A DNA stretch of 57,879 bases from a virus. Lineage: Duplodnaviria > Caudoviricetes. Positions 8,401 to 16,562 of the stretch are shown one piece after another. The notes beneath the pieces are model-generated. The model made no database searches, was not told where the DNA came from, and was given only the letters and a program-made list of their open reading frames with translations. The stretch covers positions 1 through 57,879 of IMG/VR virus record IMGVR_UViG_3300046011_002458. One strand, written 5' to 3'. Each line of letters opens with the position of its first letter. Positions within the stretch are counted from its first letter, which is position 1. The position numbers and the translations under genes were made by a program.

Positions 8401-11400
8401 TGTAACCTCTCTTTCAATCCTGATTTTATCACGCTTGTGATATTTGCAAGCGGCACGATTTGAGCGTTGCCCGCCCCCTTTGAGTTGTCGATTGCAAACA
8501 GTCGGAAGCGGGGGTTGTCGCCAAACTCGTCCTGCAATTTGCGCACAGCCTCGCTTGAGCCTGCGTGGCCCTTGGTCAGGGCGTCGATGGTGACGGTCCG
8601 GCCCTTGCTCATCGCGCGGGTCAGCACGCCATTGCGCAGCGCTTCGACCGGCTCGCGGTAGATGTAGGCGATCAGCACGCGGTTGCCAGAATCGAGCGCC
8701 ATCTGCACGTTGCGGCGGGCCTTGTCGTAGCTCGAGAGCGTGCCATCCAAAATGGTGTGCGCCTTGTCCAGCTTTGACTTCAGCAATTCCTGTGCGCTCG
8801 ACTTGCCTGCGCCGCCACCGCCGGCCATGAATGCCACGGTGCCCTGCGGCTGGGTCTCGAGTCGAGACTCGAACATGCGCTGGGTCATGTCGCTTGCGGC
8901 CTCATGCACCTCGGGTGCGCGGCTGCGGTTCTGACGGTACTCGGGCGACAGCTCGCGCACCAGGTCGGTATCGAGCAAGCGGCCACCGTCGGAGCCCTTG
9001 AGGCCCGAGTACTCGGCCAAGGCACCGTCGAAGTCCTCGTCGATGCGAGCCTGCAGCGCAGCACCGATGCTGCGATTGCTGCGGCGGATGTCGGGATTGG
9101 TTGCGTCGAACGCGCCTTGAGCATGCTTTGGATTCAGGAGCAGTGCGCCCTCGTCGCCAAGGTCGGCCAGGATCAGCCAGCCGTCGACGGAATACTTCTT
9201 GATGTCCGAGCGATCGCCGTACTCCATGGCCTGCTCTACGGTGCGCGTCACCCAGATCGCGTCGGATGCCGGGATTGAAGCAAGGTCAACGCTCAGCTTG
9301 CCGGCGGATTCGCTGGCCAGCTCGCCGATGTCTTTATTGCCCAGTTCCTCGCTTTCGTACCGAACCACATCGGCCACCGTTGCATTTTTTGGTGGGTTGT
9401 AGTTCAGGGCTCGATAGCCATCACCGCGCCATGTGCGGTCTGTGCTTCTGCGGATGTCTGGGCGGTTGCTTGCCATGACGCGGCCAAACTGGAACGACGA
9501 GCCTGCATCGGCCAGTGCCTGGTCCGCGACTTCGGCCTCGCTTGCTTTGACGCGGGCCTCGCCAAACTCAAGACGGAACGATGGGGCCACCTCGGCCAGC
9601 GCTGGGCGGGCCTTGATGATGCTGACCATCTCGTTGCCCTCGGGCCGGCGCACCAGCTCGTCGCCTGCAGTGCGCGTGCGGTTGACGGCGACTGCGCGCT
9701 CGATCTTGCGCGGCACGATCGTCTGGCTAGAGGTTGTGCCTTGGTACTTGACCGGGACGTCGGAGTTGAGAACGACGGCCGTGCCTTGCTCGCGGTTGAC
9801 GTAACCACGGAAGCCGGCATCCAGGATGGCCGACTCGAACTCGTTGGGGGTTGCGGGGAAGGTGCGAGACCCGGCTGCCGGGTCGTACAGGTTGCTCAGG
9901 TCTGCGTTGTAGACGTGGCCACCGAGACCGAGCTCAGGCTGGGGGATGCCGCCGGCGACAGGCAGGTAGAAGTAGACGCGGCGCTTGATGCGGGCGTCAA
10001 CGCTTGGCTGGGCCAGGCGTGATTGCTCAGCGCCCTTGATGCCCGAACCGAAGCTGACGCCAGACAGGACACTCAGTCCCCCTTGCTTTCCGTAGTGGAC
10101 TGCCCCTGCAACCTTGATTGCATCGCCTTGATCGCCCCCAGCGCTGGATCTTCCGGCAGGTTCTGCAGGTCGGGCAGCGCGGTTGCTGAATTGGATTTTT
10201 CCTGCGTCGCCCCAGTCGTACCGCTCGCTGAAGTCGTCGAAGACTCGCTGGACCCGGGGCGCGAGATAAGCTCTGGCCCAGTCAAGAACATCGGATCTTC
10301 CTTCGGCACTGGCCCTCGCAACGTAATCTTGCCCATTTTGATTTTCCTTCCAATTGTTGGTCATCATGTCGCCGCTGGACGCAAACCACTGCGCGTCAGC
10401 ATCCGGCAACACAGATTCAGCCACACGCAGAATGTCCGCGTGCAGCTTTTCATTTGTGATGATACCAAAATTCACAAGCCTTATACCGCTTGGGGAGCTG
10501 ATAAAGGCGAATTGATCCTGCCAGCCCTCATGGCCATTGTCAGCCATCCACTGGCCGACAGCCGCCTCGAGGTCCGCCACTTCGCGGGGGTTGAGTGGGC
10601 GGCCAACCTTGATGTCCAGGCCATTGGCGTCGCGCTTCGTGCTTGAGTAGAACGGGCGGTGCCAGCCCACGCCCTCTTGGCGGGCCACCAGGCCAGCCAC
10701 GGCAGCGTAGACGTTGAGCGCCTTGGCCTGGGCGGGGTCGACGTTGGTCTTGCCGGCATCGCCCTTTGCTGGGGCCATGGCCACACCGAGCTGCGTGCTT
10801 GGCGAGATCTCGCCTTGCCACACGCCGGGGGCCAGGATGTCGTTGTCGACAAGCAAGCCCAACCGCATGGCCAACAGGTCATTGCCCTGCTCATCAAGGA
10901 ATGCCCGCTGCACAGCCTGCTGGAACTCCACCTGCTGCGCATAAGGCGCGTCGTGGATGCCGGGCAGAACACCCGTTGTGCGGCCAGGGCGAGCCTCAAA
11001 GGAGACCTGCCCGATGTGGCGCTTGAGGCCATCGCCAAAGTCGAACTTGGCCTGCTGTGTGTCGTCCTTTGTGACGTCGTGCGCGAAGGAATACTTGAGC
11101 CAGTTGTCGCGGTGCTTTTGCTTGTCGATGATGACCCGTTCCTTGCCCTTGCCGCCCTTGCCCGGCACGAACTTGATCCAGCCCTTCTTTTCGCTGGTGC
11201 GCTCGGTTTCTTTCTTAACGCCCTTGTTCTCCATGCGGGCCTTCATGGCCACCCAGATCGCGGCCTGCACCTGCTGCGGCTCCCAGCCCAGCTCTTGCGC
11301 CAAGCGGTTGGTCTCGTTCTCCATGAAAGAGTACTGCGTCGCAGTGGGCGCATCGGTCTCGTACTGACCGGCGCGCATCATCCACATGTCGATCGTCGCG

Positions 11401-14400
11401 CCCTGCTTGCCGGCGGTCGATGGGTCGATCTCGCGCAGCAGGTTGAAGAAGAAGTTGCCGGTCTTCTCGCCGGACCAGAATGCGTCGACGTCGTCGAGTG
11501 CGTTCTTGGCTTTTTTGTCCATGTCGCCGGTCTTCACGCTGATCGGCTGGCCAGCCTTGTACTGAGCCCACGCACGCAGCGCGAACGTGGAGTTGGCGTC
11601 GACCTTGGCTTGTGGCGAATAGATGGCCAGCAAGGCCACGAACTTGCGCGCTTCGTTGACGTCGCCACCCACCATCTTCAGCACTTCGCGGCTGCTGTTC
11701 TCGTACCAGTAGCGGCCTGGCGCACCCTCGTCCGCGAGCTGGCGCAGGATCTTGCGCAAGGTCGGGATCTTGCCGGGCGTGTTGAACTTCTCAGGCGCAC
11801 CCAGGTACTTGCCGTCTTTCATCGGCAGCTTCTCGGTGACCTGGCCGCCGCGACTGTAGGCGATGTTGCGACCCTCGAGCGCGGCGCGCACACGAGGCGC
11901 TGCGGCGTTGGTGAACACCACGCCTTCCTTGGTGACGCGGCCCACTGTGCCCTCGGGCATGGCCGCGCGGATGGCGTCGCTGTCGCCGAACACGGTGAGC
12001 GATCCATCTTTGGCGGTGGCCACCTCGTAGTCGCCGAACTTCTCGGTCTTCGCGCGGCGGGCCATCATCACGTCGCCAGTCACAGCGGCGTCGGGCGTCA
12101 GGCCCTGCTCCTGCATGGCCTCGGCGTAGGCAGTGGTCAACAGGTCTCGAGCCTTGGCCACGTCTGTGATGTACGTGTTGACGAACTCGTCGCCGTACTC
12201 GCTGCGAGCACCAGTCAGGATTTGGTTGAGCTTGGACAGGATGGCCTTGGCCACCTCGGCAAACTCGGCGTTGCCCATCTTTGCGCGCAACTCTTCCCAG
12301 AAGTCGGCTCGCTTGCTGATCGCCTGAACCATGAATGCGGGGATCTCTTCGTCGAGCTGAGCGTCGGTGTAGTCGAACACCTGCTTGAACTCGTTCGTCT
12401 TGTCCTCACGGAACAACTGGCGCAGTGCCGTGTTGAGGGTCGCACGCTTGTCGTCTGACAGGCCGTGGTAGGCCTCGTGCATCGTGACGAACAAAGGCGC
12501 GTCAACGGTGTCGTCGGCGATCATGATGTGCTTGCCGCCAGCTCGATTGATCAGGCCATTGGGCATCGACATCTCGGGACCGGACACGCGCGTGATCACA
12601 GTCAACGTCTTGCCAAGCAAGCGGGCAACAGTGCTGGCCAGCTTCTGGCCGTCGTTCATTTGACTGACCGACACTGGCGCAACGTCGAGGCCTGTCTCGG
12701 CCTGCAGCGCAGCGCGCACCGACTTGATTGCCCCAATCGGCGCGGGCAGCGCCAGCTTCAGTCCGGCAGGGACAGCACCTTGCACATTGGTCGGTGCTGC
12801 TGTGCCGACGGCTGCGGTTGCTCCGGCTGCTGGTGCTTCTTGTCCTTGCGCTTGGCCTTGGATGGCTTGAGGGGCTTGAGTGCCACTGACGTTCTCCTGA
12901 GTTTCGGAATAACCGGCCAAGCGGAACTTGCCGTTGGCCATCGACTCGACCTTCCAGCCGAGATCCGGGAACATGCGCTGACGACCTGGCAGCGCCTGCT
13001 GTGCATCGCCTTGCGTCACGTAGCCGTCGCCCTTGCGGCCGAACCACTGCTCGGCCGGCTGGACTACAGCATTGTTATTTTCTTGGCTCGCGATCGAGGC
13101 CTCGGTGCGTGCCAGCAGATCCTGATCAGTGGCCCGATCGAACGGGCGATTCAGGCCGGCAGTCGGTTGCCCGGCTGCGCCTGGAACAGAGACAGCCTGT
13201 GGAACATTGGTCCCAGCAAGTCCGGCAACTCCACCTCGCTGCCCGGTGGCGTCATTGACATCAAGTCCTGGAATGTCCAGGCCTCCGCCACGCTGATCGC
13301 TTGCGAGCTCACCGCTTCCTGCAGCTGCCAATGGAGGAATGCTTGTTGCGCTGACATCGGTTGTCTCCGGTGCGGTTGGAACGACAATGTCCACCAGGCC
13401 AGCCTGCTGTGTGGGCGAACCTGCTGGGGTGAAATTGATGGGTGCGGCTGGGCCGGTGTCGCCTTGCTGACGCGACGTCAGGCGCGGGTCGATCAGTGTG
13501 GGGTCGTAGTTGTTGACGTCGAAGAGCGCCACAGCTTGGCGCTCTGCTGCGATGCCAGGCGTCTGCGCTGCGCGGGCCTCTTGGAACTGGCTTGCAGCTC
13601 CGGCAGCACTGAATGGGGCTGAGGTTACGAGCGCCGTGGCCATGGCCTCGGGCACACCCTCTGTCAGCTTTTGGTTGGGGTCGACCGTGCGCGAGATGAC
13701 GTTGCCGCCAAACTGCGTGCCGCCCTCCTCGAACTGCTCGCCGACCAGGTCCTTGGCCAGCATCTTTCCAGCGCCGGCAAACGTCAGAGCTTCGGCTGTG
13801 GCCTTTCCCAGGCCCCTGGAGGCGATAGCGGCCTCGGCACCCATAAACCCCAGCAGACCCAGCGGCGCGGTGATCAGCGCGGCCATACGGGCCTTCGTGG
13901 TGGCAATCTCTTCGATCGCGTCCTTGCTGGACTTGCCTTCGGCGGTCAGCTTCTGGTAGTCGGGGTTCTGTTGCCACACGCTCAGCGGCGTTTGCTTCGG
14001 GTCGGTCAGTTTTTCGTACACGCCACCGGCTGCGTCGCCGCCAGCCATGACCATGGACGCACCCACACCGCCGGCGGTCGTGCCCGCGACGCGCGCGCCT
14101 GCCTGGATGGCTCCGCCGCTGATCGCTTCAGCCAACGCCACAGTGGGGCTGGCACGGCCAGCCAGGCCAACGGAGCCAGCGGTCGCTGCGCCAACAAAGC
14201 GGGAGGCTCCCACGACACCCAGGAAGTTGGGCACCTGCTTCACGGCCTCAGACAGGCCAAGCGCTGGGCTGGTGACAAGCTGCACAACGGTGGCGGCGTA
14301 CTTGTCGAGGAACCCGTCTTCGTTCAGCACGCGCTCGCGCAGCTGTTCGCGCTGAGCCTTCAGCACGCCGGACTCTTGAGCCTGCAATTCCTTCTGTGTG

Positions 14401-15083
14401 GCGCTCAGCGATGCCGCGATGTCGCTGCTTGGGGCGATGATGTTGATCGGCAGCTGCACCAGGCCAACCGCGCCTTGGCTCAGGTTGGACAGTGTGTCGG
14501 CCGCCCACTCGCCGGCGCTGCGGAACTCCTCGGCCTTGGCATCGCGAGCTGCGCGGATGTTCTCTGGCTTTTTGGCCGCATCGGCCAGGTCGGCAAAGCT
14601 CTTGTCGCCCCGGGCGTCCATGGCCTTGACGACCTTGTTGACCGTCGGGTCCTTGCTGACCATCTGGCCACGGCTGCTGCGCACCGAGTCGGCTGCAGAT
14701 TGCGCCTGCGAACTGATCGGGCCTGCGCCGTAGGACAGGCGTCGATCGATGTCGGCCTGCTTTTCCTCGGCCGTGGGGACGTAGTCCTCCATGACGCTCT
14801 TGAACTTAGGCCGCAGGGACTCGCCCACGCGCTGAATGATGCCGGGCTGAGGTGGTGCCTTGTAGCGCGCGGCCAGTCGGGCGGTCTCGTCGCCGGTGTC
14901 GATCACTGGCGCGGCCGCCGGGGCCGGAGCCTCGCCGCCGGACAGGAAGCCGATCACCTCCGATGCGCTGTAGCCAGACTGCAACGCCCCGCTCAGATCA
15001 AATTTATTCTCTGTGGCCAGGTAATCCGCGATCTCTTCGTCGGAATACCCGGAGCTGCGGGCTGCGTTGATGTCGAACTTCAT
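5442..15083 (-). CDS. 3213-aa large polyvalent internal virion/ejection protein (zincin, HhH-glycosylase-like, two ART-like, zeta-toxin-like kinase, LPD38-like C-terminus)
   Basis: HEAYH..EE; YWYE..SPQ..KT.NF..TIDMWMMR..QAAIW; HYG..YFY; YR..WVT..A..YG; MAGGGGAGKS..DGT; LYLFFNAAVQG..YWDKIPSYVKERN; last gene of virion operon. Confidence 0.9.
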   Translation of the reverse strand: MKFDINAARSSGYSDEEIADYLATENKFDLSGALQSGYSASEVIGFLSGGEAPAPAAAPVIDTGDETARLAARYKAPPQPGIIQRVGESLRPKFKSVMEDYVPTAEEKQADIDRRLSYGAGPISSQAQSAADSVRSSRGQMVSKDPTVNKVVKAMDARGDKSFADLADAAKKPENIRAARDAKAEEFRSAGEWAADTLSNLSQGAVGLVQLPINIIAPSSDIAASLSATQKELQAQESGVLKAQREQLRERVLNEDGFLDKYAATVVQLVTSPALGLSEAVKQVPNFLGVVGASRFVGAATAGSVGLAGRASPTVALAEAISGGAIQAGARVAGTTAGGVGASMVMAGGDAAGGVYEKLTDPKQTPLSVWQQNPDYQKLTAEGKSSKDAIEEIATTKARMAALITAPLGLLGFMGAEAAIASRGLGKATAEALTFAGAGKMLAKDLVGEQFEEGGTQFGGNVISRTVDPNQKLTEGVPEAMATALVTSAPFSAAGAASQFQEARAAQTPGIAAERQAVALFDVNNYDPTLIDPRLTSRQQGDTGPAAPINFTPAGSPTQQAGLVDIVVPTAPETTDVSATSIPPLAAAGSGELASDQRGGGLDIPGLDVNDATGQRGGVAGLAGTNVPQAVSVPGAAGQPTAGLNRPFDRATDQDLLARTEASIASQENNNAVVQPAEQWFGRKGDGYVTQGDAQQALPGRQRMFPDLGWKVESMANGKFRLAGYSETQENVSGTQAPQAIQGQAQGQEAPAAGATAAVGTAAPTNVQGAVPAGLKLALPAPIGAIKSVRAALQAETGLDVAPVSVSQMNDGQKLASTVARLLGKTLTVITRVSGPEMSMPNGLINRAGGKHIMIADDTVDAPLFVTMHEAYHGLSDDKRATLNTALRQLFREDKTNEFKQVFDYTDAQLDEEIPAFMVQAISKRADFWEELRAKMGNAEFAEVAKAILSKLNQILTGARSEYGDEFVNTYITDVAKARDLLTTAYAEAMQEQGLTPDAAVTGDVMMARRAKTEKFGDYEVATAKDGSLTVFGDSDAIRAAMPEGTVGRVTKEGVVFTNAAAPRVRAALEGRNIAYSRGGQVTEKLPMKDGKYLGAPEKFNTPGKIPTLRKILRQLADEGAPGRYWYENSSREVLKMVGGDVNEARKFVALLAIYSPQAKVDANSTFALRAWAQYKAGQPISVKTGDMDKKAKNALDDVDAFWSGEKTGNFFFNLLREIDPSTAGKQGATIDMWMMRAGQYETDAPTATQYSFMENETNRLAQELGWEPQQVQAAIWVAMKARMENKGVKKETERTSEKKGWIKFVPGKGGKGKERVIIDKQKHRDNWLKYSFAHDVTKDDTQQAKFDFGDGLKRHIGQVSFEARPGRTTGVLPGIHDAPYAQQVEFQQAVQRAFLDEQGNDLLAMRLGLLVDNDILAPGVWQGEISPSTQLGVAMAPAKGDAGKTNVDPAQAKALNVYAAVAGLVARQEGVGWHRPFYSSTKRDANGLDIKVGRPLNPREVADLEAAVGQWMADNGHEGWQDQFAFISSPSGIRLVNFGIITNEKLHADILRVAESVLPDADAQWFASSGDMMTNNWKENQNGQDYVARASAEGRSDVLDWARAYLAPRVQRVFDDFSERYDWGDAGKIQFSNRAARPAEPAGRSSAGGDQGDAIKVAGAVHYGKQGGLSVLSGVSFGSGIKGAEQSRLAQPSVDARIKRRVYFYLPVAGGIPQPELGLGGHVYNADLSNLYDPAAGSRTFPATPNEFESAILDAGFRGYVNREQGTAVVLNSDVPVKYQGTTSSQTIVPRKIERAVAVNRTRTAGDELVRRPEGNEMVSIIKARPALAEVAPSFRLEFGEARVKASEAEVADQALADAGSSFQFGRVMASNRPDIRRSTDRTWRGDGYRALNYNPPKNATVADVVRYESEELGNKDIGELASESAGKLSVDLASIPASDAIWVTRTVEQAMEYGDRSDIKKYSVDGWLILADLGDEGALLLNPKHAQGAFDATNPDIRRSNRSIGAALQARIDEDFDGALAEYSGLKGSDGGRLLDTDLVRELSPEYRQNRSRAPEVHEAASDMTQRMFESRLETQPQGTVAFMAGGGGAGKSSAQELLKSKLDKAHTILDGTLSSYDKARRNVQMALDSGNRVLIAYIYREPVEALRNGVLTRAMSKGRTVTIDALTKGHAGSSEAVRKLQDEFGDNPRFRLFAIDNSKGAGNAQIVPLANITSVIKSGLKERLQDATEQEFKAGRISEQVYRSTIKGYADQGGRAEAGPRVQEDVQGGRGGLQGRGGSVEEGNAVVRSNRRQKLIGSNFDVDATSNVDAARIKLQDDALRMKRVIEAVKAKGGTVGEAQNFYDANTLMPGRIQAAIDDFKNDIVKPMLDKAAEYGIDMDELSMYSYAKHAKERNAYIASINKRMPDGGSGMTNDEADNILQMVDLAGDTAKFEELHQALMGITSATRQVMLSEGLITPDEFTALEGAYDNYIPLRGFENVDADTGVARPGVGRGVNVRGAETVRAMGRKSKAGDLIENVIRDYERVIGRVEKNDVAKVLLDFVLSNPDPDLWGVDVERSKPAFNKAQGTVQYTKSIEKGEDTIGVKVGGQQVYIKFADKELTRALRQAWKDETSGLERATLAMTGWWNNWMRAVLTKYNPAFAAINIPRDALWSGTASALAELGPKGLATYLASYPKAFMASARREAGVSGTSNKLFGNPQMDARFAEFRSAGGITGGFFMRSLDDINQDLRNELLLAGAAARNPWEAVKSLPPFKLAKLTLRVLEFMGSASENATRFALYQASREQGNSPAKAAILAKDGTTNFNRKGEWGGALNNLYLFFNAAVQGNAQLFKVLKSPAVQASMAGVTGVGMMLALYGASAGGEDDDGEAYWDKIPSYVKERNIVIMLPPGDALAGGIDRVGKRGRYVTIPVQYGFNMFPNAGYVMADVLRNAKDPKRGMTPTKAALHMTSTVLGSINPFGGAVDVSDGVQVLLAAMPTLVDLPVQIITERGTFGTPSSPQKSPFDKRPDSERMFTSQQDSVSAKIAKALNELGGGNEAKAGEIMGVETSVAPGTIQTLISATTGGLGTFVEQVGTAVVAMTGDGNDLKANKIPFLNKFYGEVDEGANIKAAGDRMREVKALSDEVKAQQKLGLDPELKDKEERLMRLAGMQEIYQKQSTMIRKREIEIIKDKDMTDAEKKLQRKQLQVERDKLSTDMNREYLRVVPK
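8216..8398 (-). CDS. nested 60-aa ORF (+1 frame) directly after the zeta-like kinase domain
   Basis: GAGGT-6 nt-ATG; GC3-rich codons in nested frame; internal operator/-10 upstream. Confidence 0.7.
   Translation of the reverse strand: MRPNKSSRPEESASKSTARPSKVTLTKEEELKLDLEFKKMCKGVEEAFKGGADLSKKETP
8423..8449 (-). promoter_or_regulatory. intragenic operator palindrome TATCACGCTTGTGATA (8427-8442) with extended -10 TGaTAAAAT
   Basis: 14/16 match to the perfect palindrome at 51125; TTGCAA 15 nt upstream of the -10. Confidence 0.65.
10073..10336 (-). CDS. nested 87-aa ORF (+1 frame), MGKITLRGPVPKEDPMF...
   Basis: GAAGGA-8 nt-ATG in an AT-rich patch; motif-like sites at 10451-10485. Confidence 0.6.
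   Translation of the reverse strand: MGKITLRGPVPKEDPMFLTGPELISRPGSSESSTTSASGTTGATQEKSNSATALPDLQNLPEDPALGAIKAMQSRLQGQSTTESKGD
12758..12886 (-). CDS. nested 42-aa basic ORF (+1 frame), MALKPLKPSKAKRKDKKH...
   Basis: AGGAG-7 nt-GTG; GC3-rich codons in nested frame. Confidence 0.55.
   Translation of the reverse strand: MALKPLKPSKAKRKDKKHQQPEQPQPSAQQHRPMCKVLSLPD
13151..13357 (-). CDS. nested 68-aa ORF (+1 frame), MSAQQAFLHWQLQEAVSSQAISVAEAW...
   Basis: GGAG-7 nt-ATG; globular-looking sequence; GC3-rich codons. Confidence 0.65.
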   Translation of the reverse strand: MSAQQAFLHWQLQEAVSSQAISVAEAWTFQDLMSMTPPGSEVELPDLLGPMFHRLSLFQAQPGNRLPA

Positions 15084-15117
15084 GGGAATAGAGCGTCACG
15101 AAGGTTAAAAGAGACCG

Positions 15118-16035
15118 TCAGCGGTTGAAGCTGCTGAGCGGTGGGCGAGTGCCAGCATTATCGCCGGTCCTGGGTGCGGGCGTGCCGCCTGTCAAACGCT
15201 CAATTGCTTTCTGGCGTTTTTCTGCTTCCGGCAACTTGCCAAACGCGTAGTCGTTCTTGCTCATGGTGCTGACCAGGCTGGCCACCTGCTTGTCGAAGTC
15301 CATGCCACGGCCCAGGACCTTGGTTGAACCATCGGACATGACGGCGACCTTGTTGCCTTGGTCGTCGGTGTACGTGCTGCGCACCTTCGAGCTGCCACCA
15401 GCACCACCACTGCCGCCAGCCGGCTTGTTTGCGCGGATCGTGTCGGTCTTGTTCTGCGAAGTGATGCGCTCTTCCATCAGGTCCAGGCGGCGGTCCTGCT
15501 GCTCGCCGCGCTTGCGGTCGATTGCATCCTTGTCGGCGCGAGCCTCTGCGTCGACCGTTGCCTTGTAGGACTCGCGGCCTTCTTTGATCGCAGAGCTCGA
15601 GCCACCCAAGCGGCGGATCTCGTTGAGCACGTCTTCCTTCTGCTTGCTGTAGCGCTCAACGTAGCGGTCAGCCCCCTCGAAGTTGCCGACCTTTTTCTGG
15701 TTGTAACTCTCGTTAAAAATGTTGCGCAGCTCTTCTTCGGAGGCGTCGGTTTGCCCGACGTCCGCCTTGAACTTGTCGAAGCGGCGCTGGTCACCAATGG
15801 CCGGCGCGTTTTGCTCGGCCTGCGAGTAGATGTCCGCGTCCTTACGCAGCTTGGCCTCCTCGCGGTCGAGCTTGAGCTGATCCAGCGCCTCCTGGCGCTT
15901 GAGCAGCCGCTCTTCGCGCAAGACCTCGCGCTCGTCTTGGCGATCCATCTCGTACTGGCGCATGCCCGCCTGAGCGAACGTCTGCCCAGCGTCTGCAATG
16001 CCCTTGCCGATACCGGCCAGAATCAGTCCGCTCAT
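15118..16035 (-). CDS. probable internal virion/ejection protein
   Basis: Coiled-coil, Gly-rich N-terminus; position before the giant gene. Confidence 0.7.
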   Translation of the reverse strand: MSGLILAGIGKGIADAGQTFAQAGMRQYEMDRQDEREVLREERLLKRQEALDQLKLDREEAKLRKDADIYSQAEQNAPAIGDQRRFDKFKADVGQTDASEEELRNIFNESYNQKKVGNFEGADRYVERYSKQKEDVLNEIRRLGGSSSAIKEGRESYKATVDAEARADKDAIDRKRGEQQDRRLDLMEERITSQNKTDTIRANKPAGGSGGAGGSSKVRSTYTDDQGNKVAVMSDGSTKVLGRGMDFDKQVASLVSTMSKNDYAFGKLPEAEKRQKAIERLTGGTPAPRTGDNAGTRPPLSSFNR

Positions 16036-16550
16036 GCTGGCACCTCTTCGCCTTTCGCAGCCTTCTCAAACACGGATGGGTCGACGCTGTTCATCGCCTG
16101 CTCGAGCTGGCTGGTGTCCATGCCGTTCTCGCCGAGGTATCGCAGCAGCATTTGCTTGAATGCGTCGGCGATGTCGACGGGCGACATCTCGAGGCCGGCG
16201 GCGTCGGCGATCTCGACAACCTCCTCGAGGATCTTCATGCCAAGCAAAGCCAGCAATTCGTCGGGCACGCGGCCGTCGGTGCGCTCATCGACGACAGACG
16301 TCATCTCGTAGGCGATGTCTGACACGCCGTCAATGACTGAAGGCGCAGACTTCAGTTGATTGGCCACGTCCTTGGCCGCGCCGTTGGCGTACAGGGCCTC
16401 CATCGCCAGGGCGATAGCCTCCTGAAACGCTGGGTCGTTTTCGTCGGGCTCTGGACCCTCGGACTCCTCACCCATTGCGCCCGCAGGCATTTGCTCTTCT
16501 TCCGCTGCCGGAGCACCGGCGGCCATTTGTTCTTGAATCAGTCCAGCCAT
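16032..16550 (-). CDS. acidic helical virion-module protein
   Basis: AGGAG SD; ATGA coupling to next gene. Confidence 0.75.
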   Translation of the reverse strand: MAGLIQEQMAAGAPAAEEEQMPAGAMGEESEGPEPDENDPAFQEAIALAMEALYANGAAKDVANQLKSAPSVIDGVSDIAYEMTSVVDERTDGRVPDELLALLGMKILEEVVEIADAAGLEMSPVDIADAFKQMLLRYLGENGMDTSQLEQAMNSVDPSVFEKAAKGEEVPA

Positions 16551-16562
16551 GATGTGCTCCTA

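Noticed and set aside
9404-9820. Another +1-frame ORF inside the giant gene
   Set aside because: No SD; Ser/Arg/Pro/Ala-rich shadow composition; host frame keeps normal codon bias
13064-13086. Possible fifth nested start (AAGAAAATAACA-ATG, +1 frame)
   Set aside because: Stops after two codons and has a weak SD; at most a decayed remnant
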